From Aeromonas veronii bv. veronii (GTDB lineage: Bacteria; Pseudomonadota; Gammaproteobacteria; Enterobacterales; Aeromonadaceae): 24,000 nucleotides of DNA. This document shows positions 16,248-23,615 of this stretch, one piece after another (within the stretch, counting starts at the first letter, position 1; every line of letters starts with the position of its first letter). Under the pieces are notes generated by a model. The model was not told where the DNA came from and did no database searches. It worked only from the letters and a program-made list of their open reading frames with translations. The stretch covers positions 153,041 to 177,040 of the forward strand of contig NZ_CDDK01000025.1 in assembly GCF_000820225.1 (NCBI RefSeq), read 5' to 3'. The position numbers and the translations under genes were made by a program.

Positions 16248-17587
16248 CAGAATTTGTTTCCTCGTTTTAATACCCACCAGGGAGCCATACTGCTCTCCTC
16301 ATGACCGCGACGGAAAATTTCGTTGAGCAGTGCCACGGCACACCATAGACGCATCAGCAGGGTATAGAGCGGATACAGCAACAACCATGGCAACATACGC
16401 ATATCCGCTTTAGGCCGCTCGGAAATGGCAAGCAAAAACACCATAAAATTGACCAGAGTAAGAAGCAGATAGACCTGGTAGAGGCACAGCATCAAGGCCG
16501 TAACGAACGGACCAGGATAACTTAACACCAGCCACCAGCTGTACCCCATGACCAACAGCGGCAACACCACGTTTTGTGCCACCCCGTAGATCAGAGTGAA
16601 CAAAAAGGTCTTCCATCCCAAGATGCGCGGAGTCAGCGATAGCTTGTGTTTGCGCAGGTAGAGAAACAGCAAATCCCCATCCCAGCGCAGACGCTGGTTT
16701 GCCAGGGTCACCAAATCTGCAGGGGCGTCCGTGTGACCAATGGCTCTGGGGGCAAAGCCGATCTTCAGATTGGGATGGCGTTTGAGGTAGTGCTTGATCC
16801 GCACCGTTAAATCCAGATCTTCTGCTGTGTGGGTATCCCACCCTCCAATCTGGCGCAGGAAATCGAGGCGAAAAGCCCCGAATGCCCCCGAAATATTGTT
16901 GATCAGGTTCCATTCGCTCAGACCCGTTTTGCCCCCCTGCATGGAGATCATGTACTCGATCCCCTGCATACGGGTCAGCAAACCATCGCGCAGGTTGCGC
17001 ACCCGCAACGCCCCACCAACGGCGGGCACGTTCGGGTCATCGAAGCAGGCGACAATCTCATCGATCATGTTGTTGTCGAAGGAAGTGTCCCCGTCTGCAT
17101 TCATGACTATCTCGCCTGTTGCCGCCGACAAGCCAGCATTGAGGGTCGATACCCGCCCGCCACGCTGCCACTTGGGCAGTAGCACTAGGGTACGTCTCTC
17201 ACATCCCTCAAACTCGGCGATACAGTTTAAGGCCGCCTGATAGGTATGGGCATTGGCCTTGGCACCATCGATCACCGCAATGATCTCCAGATGGCCGCGA
17301 TAGAGCTGTTCCTTGAGGGTCAGAATGGTCGAGCGGATCGCCTCCCCCTCGCCGTAACAGGTGATGATGCAGGAGACCTTGGGACAACGATGTGACAGGG
17401 GTAAATCAGACTTTTTGGGCAACTGACGGGCAAACCACTTGAGGATCCCGGTCAGGGTCAGCGCCATCAGGGGCACCTCCATCAGCAGCAACATGGGAAG
17501 CAGCAGCAGGATCATCCTGGGCGAAAACTGCAGACTGCCCAGGATCTCGGTCAGGATGTACCGAACCGTACTCATCCACTCAGGCAT
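16247..17587 (-). CDS. Integral-membrane processive family-2 glycosyltransferase (PgaC/IcaA/NodC/BcsA-class synthase; MxdB-like)
   Basis: The product is about 446 aa. Two N-terminal TM segments precede a GT-A core with VSCIITCYGE, AVIDG, NADGDT (DxD), HTAEDLDLT (TED) and NQRLRWDGD (QxxRW). The C-terminus carries 3-4 TM segments. The start is either the ATG at 17587, overlapping the upstream stop (ATGCCTGA), or the ATG at 17575. Confidence 0.9.
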   Translation of the reverse strand: MPEWMSTVRYILTEILGSLQFSPRMILLLLPMLLLMEVPLMALTLTGILKWFARQLPKKSDLPLSHRCPKVSCIITCYGEGEAIRSTILTLKEQLYRGHLEIIAVIDGAKANAHTYQAALNCIAEFEGCERRTLVLLPKWQRGGRVSTLNAGLSAATGEIVMNADGDTSFDNNMIDEIVACFDDPNVPAVGGALRVRNLRDGLLTRMQGIEYMISMQGGKTGLSEWNLINNISGAFGAFRLDFLRQIGGWDTHTAEDLDLTVRIKHYLKRHPNLKIGFAPRAIGHTDAPADLVTLANQRLRWDGDLLFLYLRKHKLSLTPRILGWKTFLFTLIYGVAQNVVLPLLVMGYSWWLVLSYPGPFVTALMLCLYQVYLLLTLVNFMVFLLAISERPKADMRMLPWLLLYPLYTLLMRLWCAVALLNEIFRRGHEESSMAPWWVLKRGNKF

Positions 17588-18923
17588 CCTGAAGGCTCCC
17601 ATCCAGCCAGCGGCTCAACCAGAGGGCAGTATCTTCACCCAGCGTGGTAGGGAGCGGCTCTACCTGCACATTCAGCGTCAAGGCATCCAGCCCCTCGACA
17701 TTGTTGAGCGCCAGGATCCGCCCCTGCAAGATCTGCCAATCCTCCACACTGGTGTGCGGCAGCAACAACAGCAGTCGATCATCGGCATACTGGCAAACCA
17801 CATCGGTATCCCGAAACAATGCCTGCAGACGAGCCAGCAAGGCCCCCAATCTCTGCTGAGTCTTCAACAGGCCCAATTCGGCGCGCAGCTCGGCGAGCTG
17901 CTCGATCTGGATAGCCAAAAGGGTATGGTTGCCGCCGTGGCGCTGCAGCAGCCGGTTGCTCCATTGCAGCAGCCAAGGGAAGTGATCCATCGCCATCGGA
18001 GCCCCCCAAGTCAGGGGCAGATGCAACTGCTGAGTACCCTCGCGAGCAATATGGCGAGCCAGTTTGCCGATGCGGTACTCATAGATGGGAGACACCAACA
18101 GATCATCGGGTTTGTGAGCCCGCCCACACTCATGACATCGCGCCTGTACTGCCGCCTCCATGAAACGGGCATGGCAAGAGAGACAGCGGTACTTTTCCAG
18201 TGGTCTGTCGTAGTCGACCCCTATATGACGCAGGGTTGTCACACACTTGGGACAACGCAGCAAACCCTGTTGCATGAAGACATCCTGATCGTCCACATGA
18301 CCGCAGGTGAAACAGTGCACCGCAGGCTTGGCCTGGATGGCGATATGGGAACATTCTGGACATACGTCGACAAAATTAAGATGAGCAGAGCTGCAACTGC
18401 TGCACAGGCGTACTCGATCGACCAGTTGTTCAATCTGCAATAGCCGCTCGGAGACCAGTTGCGGCAAGGATGCAGTTGCATCGGCCCCCAGCAAACAATC
18501 CAGCAGCGGGTAGCTGTAGCCCTGGCGACAACCTGCCTGCCAGCGAGGTAACAAACGGAAATGAGCCCTCGGCCAGCTGTACCAGGCCAGCTTCTCCATT
18601 TCGTCGGGGTGTTCACGCGGCGTCAGCAATGACAGTCGCTCCAGCATGTCTGGTGCTCTCTCATCCAACTGTGACAGAAGGCCATCAGACAGAATCGGAG
18701 ATAGCGGGCTTTGCGTCACGCAAAATACGGGATACAGAAAGCGAGAAGAATCGCGACGGATCGCCAGCAAGATTCGATCCTGCTCTTCACTGGGTAAGTT
18801 AAGCAGCAATACCGGCAGTTCGGCTGGCCGCCACTGGGACAAGTCACTGAGAGACCGGGTGTTTCGCTCTACCGGTGTCCCCAGCAAGGAGACTAGGCTG
18901 AGCGGTTCACTTGTACTCGTCAT
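17580..18923 (-). CDS. Multi-domain regulator: N-terminal domain of unknown fold + three tandem zinc ribbons + degenerate GGDEF domain retaining the RxxD I-site (putative c-di-GMP receptor; MxdA-like, TackOD1-like middle region)
   Basis: The product is 447 aa with SD gaggtgatttttccATG. Six CxxC motifs lie at residues 174, 188, 204, 224, 247 and 263 (CSSC, CPEC, CFTC, CPKC, CLSC, CHEC). The C-terminal segment LLAIQIEQLAELRAELG...LARLQALFRDTDVVCQYADDRLLLLLPHTS aligns to the GGDEF-domain consensus. ADDRL replaces GGDEF and IQIEQ replaces the metal-binding DxDxF, while RDTD sits exactly 5 residues before the degenerate motif, as the RxxD I-site does in PleD. Confidence 0.8.
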   Translation of the reverse strand: MTSTSEPLSLVSLLGTPVERNTRSLSDLSQWRPAELPVLLLNLPSEEQDRILLAIRRDSSRFLYPVFCVTQSPLSPILSDGLLSQLDERAPDMLERLSLLTPREHPDEMEKLAWYSWPRAHFRLLPRWQAGCRQGYSYPLLDCLLGADATASLPQLVSERLLQIEQLVDRVRLCSSCSSAHLNFVDVCPECSHIAIQAKPAVHCFTCGHVDDQDVFMQQGLLRCPKCVTTLRHIGVDYDRPLEKYRCLSCHARFMEAAVQARCHECGRAHKPDDLLVSPIYEYRIGKLARHIAREGTQQLHLPLTWGAPMAMDHFPWLLQWSNRLLQRHGGNHTLLAIQIEQLAELRAELGLLKTQQRLGALLARLQALFRDTDVVCQYADDRLLLLLPHTSVEDWQILQGRILALNNVEGLDALTLNVQVEPLPTTLGEDTALWLSRWLDGSLQDA

Positions 18924-19337
18924 GGAAAAATCACCTCATTCAGCAGGCAAAAATAGGGGATGGCCCGATGGGGCTTTTACCTCAGTATCAACCTAGATAG
19001 AAAAAGTGGAGAACAGACTCACCATCCAGGCCGGTGCAAGTGTCACAGCCGACACAAATGACCGATGTTTGGAACATTAGAGGAACCAGAAGAGAGCCAA
19101 CGATAACCAAGGCCATATTCCTATATGCCACCCAGCCATCTCCGGGCGGAGCCCTGAGGCTTTCTGAAGCGGGTTAACACCTGGGGAGGCAAGAGCGCCA
19201 GCGCTGTCCAAAGAATAATAATCAGCAAACGCTATAGTGTAATTACTTATTACTTCATCCATTGAACTCTACGCAACATCAAAATACTGAAATATTGGGG
19301 TTACACGGATTTTTCTGCAGAATTATTGCGCTGATAT

Positions 19338-19370
19338 GATATAGCCCTGCACGGGTTGCAGGACTATATC
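19338..19370 (-). terminator. Long hairpin downstream of the M3 peptidase gene (terminator-like, poor U tract)
   Basis: GATATAGCCCTGCA-cgggt-TGCAGGACTATATC forms a 14-bp stem with one C/T mismatch (a G-U pair on one strand). It lies 38 nt after the stop at 19408. Confidence 0.4.
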
Positions 19371-19407
19371 CACATAAATGGCTCAACCTTAGGAGCCGCA
19401 TCCCGCG

Positions 19408-21240
19408 TCAATGCTTGATGCGCTGGGCTACCCACGCTTCGAAATCGGCCAGCATACGGGTTTCCGACTCGCTGTTGTCGGCAATAAGCTCGGCGCCGTG
19501 TACCACCCGGATATGGGCATCAAGCGGGCTTCCCTCACCCGCCGCGGGGCGCTGCTGCGCGGCGGCCATGCAGGCTTGTGCCTGTTGCCACGCTTCGGCG
19601 ACGCTCAGGTTGCACGCCTCGGCCAGCGGCACGGCACTGAAGCCTTCACCGGTCAGGCTGCGCAATGTCTCATCATGAGTCATGCCATTGCCCGGCCCCC
19701 AGTAGTGGGCAGCCAGATCCGGCCCGATACGCGGGTTGTCGGTGAGGTAGCCATCACGCTTGAGGAAGTAGGCGCGGGTCTGCTCCACCGCCATCAGCGC
19801 CAGCAGGTAGCCGTGATAGGCGCAGGCCGACTCCTGATTAAGGAGGTGCGGAATGGCCAGCAGCGGGCGCGGGCTCTCGACACCGAGGATCTTGCGCTCC
19901 CACTTGCGGGCCAGCGCCAGCACAGCCTCGGGAGTACGTTCAGCCTCATCCATGGCGTAAAGATCCCGCTCGAAGTAGGCCACCAGCGCGATCTGACGTT
20001 CGTTAAAAGCGCGAAACGGCTGACGCGCTTCAATCATCTCCTTGATGAGGGCATCAGGCACAGCCTCTCCCGCCGCATTTCTGGCGTAGCGTTTGAGCCA
20101 GTCGGCATCGTCCAGCAGGCTGTCGCAGAACATTGACTGGGTCTCGGCATAGGCCATGGAGGTGGGCGGAAACTCCTGTGAGAAGCAGGGGGCGTTGCCG
20201 GTGACATTGGCAAAATGCGCGGCGTGGCCTCCCTCGTGGAACAGGGTGTTGAGGCCACTCCAGCCGCTGCCCACCTGCGCCGGATCGGCCAGGCTGGTGA
20301 AGTTGACCACAGCTGGCACCCACTCCCCCTGTTGGAAGAAGCTCGGTACCGGGCCGTGGCAGAAGCCGTTCTCGTATTTCCCCTCCCGGGTCAGCAAATC
20401 CAGGGTCAGGGTCGCCCCGCGATACTGGATGCCGAGCCGACGGAAACTCTCAACCCAATCCCGCAGCGCCCGTGAGAAGGGCACGTAAGGATCGAGCTGG
20501 CGGGTGACGTCGCCGCTCACGCTGTAACGCAGGTTGTGGGGCAGCAGGGCCGCCTCGCCCTTGGCGGCCTTCAGCTCGGCCAGGCTCTGCTGCAACCGAG
20601 CGTCGGTGCGGGCAATAAAGTCGTCGAGGATGGCGAACAGCTGCTCCGGGCTCATCTGCTCGTTCTTGCGCACCTTGTAGTCGAAGTAGTCGCGATAGCC
20701 CATGGCGCGGGCAAAGCGGTTGCGGATCGCCACCACCTCGAGAAAACCGTTGCCGACCACCCACTGCTCCAGGGTGTGGAACATGGCGAGCGCGCTCTGG
20801 CGCACCGCCTCGTTCGGGCTGGCGGCAAGGGAGGTACTCGCGGCGGGCAGGCTGCCTGCGACCTGCTGGCCCTGCTCATCCAGCAGGGTCAGTTTCAGCC
20901 CCTTGCGGCGGGCGAACAGCGCCGCCTCGGCAGCCACCAACTCATCCATCAGGGCGGATGCGGCGGGATCTTCAATCACATTGCACTCGAAGAAGGCGAT
21001 CCAGCCTTGCAGACCGCGCTTGAGATCATCCTCGTCGGCCTGCGCCAACATCTCCCGCAATTCGGGCAGACGGGCCGGATTGGCACAAAAGGCCTTGTAG
21101 GCCTGCTCGGCCGCGGTGAAACCGGCCTGATCGTCGCTGGTGCCCATATAGGTGGACCAGAAGAGATCCTCCTTGCGCCTGTGCACCTGTAGGTAGTCGG
21201 CGTTGAGCTGGTTGAAGTAATTCCTGGCAATGGAACTCAT
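19408..21240 (-). CDS. M3-family zinc metallopeptidase (oligoendopeptidase-like)
   Basis: The product is 610 aa with SD agagggaatttATG. The zinc motif is LNTLFHEGGHAAHFANV (HExxH). The protein is cytoplasmic (no signal peptide), and its length and helical character fit M3 oligopeptidases. Confidence 0.75.
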   Translation of the reverse strand: MSSIARNYFNQLNADYLQVHRRKEDLFWSTYMGTSDDQAGFTAAEQAYKAFCANPARLPELREMLAQADEDDLKRGLQGWIAFFECNVIEDPAASALMDELVAAEAALFARRKGLKLTLLDEQGQQVAGSLPAASTSLAASPNEAVRQSALAMFHTLEQWVVGNGFLEVVAIRNRFARAMGYRDYFDYKVRKNEQMSPEQLFAILDDFIARTDARLQQSLAELKAAKGEAALLPHNLRYSVSGDVTRQLDPYVPFSRALRDWVESFRRLGIQYRGATLTLDLLTREGKYENGFCHGPVPSFFQQGEWVPAVVNFTSLADPAQVGSGWSGLNTLFHEGGHAAHFANVTGNAPCFSQEFPPTSMAYAETQSMFCDSLLDDADWLKRYARNAAGEAVPDALIKEMIEARQPFRAFNERQIALVAYFERDLYAMDEAERTPEAVLALARKWERKILGVESPRPLLAIPHLLNQESACAYHGYLLALMAVEQTRAYFLKRDGYLTDNPRIGPDLAAHYWGPGNGMTHDETLRSLTGEGFSAVPLAEACNLSVAEAWQQAQACMAAAQQRPAAGEGSPLDAHIRVVHGAELIADNSESETRMLADFEAWVAQRIKH

Positions 21241-21516
21241 AAATTCCCTCTTGTTATGGGGTCACCCGCAGCGGGGCCCACTCCTTTTTTTAGTGAAATG
21301 CCAAATGATTCACACTCTTTGGCAAAAATTGCGCAGGGATGCGCATCAACACGCTACCAAAAAGTGGGGGTTGCTGTCTGCTGACTATACTGATGTTAAA
21401 ACGCTCATTTGAGAAAGCTCGGCAAGAGACTGAAAGTAAATGAGTTGTTAACTCTTACGAACTGGCTGCCGCAGTACAGAGCCACATAAAATCAACAGGG
21501 AAATGAGGGTTTAGTC

Positions 21517-23199
21517 ATGTTCAAGCTCGGTGATATTACCGTGAGCCGCAAATTGATTTTGCTGCTCGCACTGGCGTTTGTCGGTTTTGTCTCGCTGCTG
21601 CTTATCTCGGCCAACGCGCTCCAACGCAATCTGATGAGCGAGCGAGAGGCGCGGCTCAATGCGGTACTGGAGCAGGCCATGAGCCAGATCCAGTTTCTGG
21701 CCAGCACCCTGCCAGCAGAGCAGGCTCAGCAGGAGGCACGCAAGCTGCTGACCAACACCCGCTTTGATGGCAACAACTATTTATTCGTCATCGACGAGAA
21801 CCGCACCATGGTGGTTCACCCCATCCGTCCCGAACTGGTCGGCCAGAAGATGGGTGAAGGGGGCGCCGCCACCGCCGGGCAGTTCTGGTATCAGATGGTG
21901 GATATCGCCAAAGGGGGCAAACAAGGCACTCTGCAATATGTGTGGGTCGGCCCGTCGGGTGAGACCGCCGACAAGCTATCCATGGTCTCCGGCTATCAGC
22001 CCTGGGGCTGGATCCTCGGTTCCGGCATGCTGCTGCAAGATATTCAGCAGACCATCTGGGCCCAGTACATGAAGATGGGGACCGCCACCGCCATCGTGAT
22101 CCTGCTGATGGGGCTGCTGGGCTGGCGTATTACCCATTCCATCGTCTCCCCCCTCAGCCAGATCAACCACGCCATGCAGCGGGTCGCCAAGGGGGATCTG
22201 GTGGTAAGCATCCCGGTACAGGGCAAGGATGAGCTGGGAGTGGTCGCCCGCTGCACCAACCAGAGTCTCGATGCCATCCGTCACGCCCTGCTGGAAGCCA
22301 GCCAGGGGGCTCGCAACGTGGCGGATGCCGCCCTGCGCATCGCCGCCTCTGCCGAGCAGACCAATCAGGCGGTCACCAGCCAGCGGGATCAGCTGGCCCA
22401 GCTCGCTACCGCCATGAACGAGATGAGCGCCACCATCTCCGATGTGGCCGGACACGCCGAAAATACCGCGCGGGATACCCAGGAAGCGACCGGTGAAGCG
22501 GGCCTCGGCAACCGTGATGTTCATGCCAGCGTGCACGGCATCAAGGCGCTGGCCACCGAGGTGGAGCAGGCCACCCAGCAGGTCAACCAGCTCAAAGAGG
22601 GAGTGATGCAGATCAGCGAAGTGACCGCCGTCATCAGCGCCATTTCGGAGCAGACCAACCTGCTGGCCCTCAACGCCGCCATCGAAGCAGCACGGGCTGG
22701 CGAGCAGGGCCGCGGTTTTGCCGTGGTGGCCGACGAGGTGCGCCAGCTGGCCAGCCGCACTCGCCAATCCACCGAAGAGATCCAGAGTACCATTGCCCAA
22801 CTGCAGCAACGGGCCGTCACCGCCGCCAACGCCATGGATACCAGCCGCAAACTGGCAGAGAGCAGCGTCAACCAGTCCCAGCAGGCGGGGCAGGATCTCA
22901 CCCTGATCGTCAACCACATCCAGCATGTAAGCGACATGGCAACCCAGATCGCGACCGCCGCCGAGCAGCAGAGCATGGTGGCCGAGGATATGAACCGCAA
23001 CGTCAGCGGCATCAACGACTCGGCGCTGGAGATGTCCCAGTCCGCCTCGCAACTGGCGCAGGAGAGCGAGCTGCTGGCCGGTCTCTCCCGCAGTCTGGAT
23101 GAGCGACTTGCGGTGTTCAAACTGGGTAAGGAGTCCGCCGCGGCGCCGATGATGGCGCCCCAATCTCCCCCCTCCGGCGAGCAGCACGCCCGCCATTGA
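21517..23199 (+). CDS. Methyl-accepting chemotaxis protein with a periplasmic single-Cache-type sensor, HAMP and MCP signalling domain
   Basis: The product is 560 aa. It has an N-terminal TM and a sensor region with [25 protein letters not shown] and [12 protein letters not shown] (sCache_2-like). A second TM is followed by HAMP ([17 protein letters not shown]). The conserved hairpin region is [35 protein letters not shown]. Confidence 0.9.
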   Translation: MFKLGDITVSRKLILLLALAFVGFVSLLLISANALQRNLMSEREARLNAVLEQAMSQIQFLASTLPAEQAQQEARKLLTNTRFDGNNYLFVIDENRTMVVHPIRPELVGQKMGEGGAATAGQFWYQMVDIAKGGKQGTLQYVWVGPSGETADKLSMVSGYQPWGWILGSGMLLQDIQQTIWAQYMKMGTATAIVILLMGLLGWRITHSIVSPLSQINHAMQRVAKGDLVVSIPVQGKDELGVVARCTNQSLDAIRHALLEASQGARNVADAALRIAASAEQTNQAVTSQRDQLAQLATAMNEMSATISDVAGHAENTARDTQEATGEAGLGNRDVHASVHGIKALATEVEQATQQVNQLKEGVMQISEVTAVISAISEQTNLLALNAAIEAARAGEQGRGFAVVADEVRQLASRTRQSTEEIQSTIAQLQQRAVTAANAMDTSRKLAESSVNQSQQAGQDLTLIVNHIQHVSDMATQIATAAEQQSMVAEDMNRNVSGINDSALEMSQSASQLAQESELLAGLSRSLDERLAVFKLGKESAAAPMMAPQSPPSGEQHARH

Positions 23200-23230
23200 T
23201 GGCGTCAATCTGTGTCGCCTTGTCATCCGA

Positions 23231-23258
23231 CCTGCCAGCTCAGCTGGCAGGTTTTTTT
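23231..23258 (+). terminator. Rho-independent terminator of the MCP gene
   Basis: CCTGCCAGC-tca-GCTGGCAGG is followed by TTTTTTTAC. Confidence 0.8.
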
Positions 23259-23469
23259 ACGCCGCAAAACACGCAGCAAGCATGCATCTTATTGGCATAT
23301 TCAACGGTATTCGACGCCATTCACAAACAAGAGAACAATTTAAAAACAGCCAGTTAGAATGATTTACGCGCCATTGGATGATGCATTTAAACATTCAACT
23401 TCAAATAGCGAATCAATGCAGTGCACAATGCTGATGGCCGAACATTTGGCCCATCACTAATCATCTAGT

Positions 23470-23552
23470 CATTTGGCAAACTGACCGAAAGGTCGGGACG
23501 CAAAGCCTCCGGTCTACAGACGTTTTGTCCAGGATAGCGGGGTTGCCACACG
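23470..23552 (+). promoter_or_regulatory. c-di-GMP-I (GEMM-I) riboswitch aptamer in the gbpA leader
   Basis: The sequence is GGCAAACugaccGAAAggucGGGACGCAAAGCCUCCGGucuacagacguuuugucCAGGAUAGCGGGGUUGCC. The strings GGCAAAC, GGGACGCAAAGCCUCCGG and AGCGGGGUU.CC, and the GAAA tetraloop-capped P2 hairpin, match the V. cholerae Vc2 aptamer sequence I remember almost base for base. GGCAA and UUGCC close P1. In V. cholerae the Vc1 member of this class lies upstream of gbpA. Confidence 0.85.
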
Positions 23553-23615
23553 CAAGTGTGTATCGGGGAATCCCCAGGCCAACTGACTGCCCACATCTGT
23601 CGAACAGAGGAATGT

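Noticed and set aside
19077-19262. A 61-aa minus-strand ORF with a hydrophobic C-terminal tail lies in the long region upstream of the synthase operon.
   Set aside because: I did not list it as a feature because the SD is weak, third-position GC is low and I recognise no homology. It is kept only as a hypothesis inside the finding on the upstream region.
21320-21345. A sigma-54-like TGGCA...TTGC string and the adjacent TGCGCA-ggga-TGCGCA repeat lie in the divergent M3 peptidase/MCP promoter region. The inverted repeat TGCCAAA-N12-TTTGGCA lies at 21299-21324.
   Set aside because: The GG-to-GC spacing is 2 nt shorter than the strict -24/-12 geometry, so this is not a credible RpoN promoter. 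The palindromes match no operator consensus I know, so they could be regulator sites but remain unsupported.
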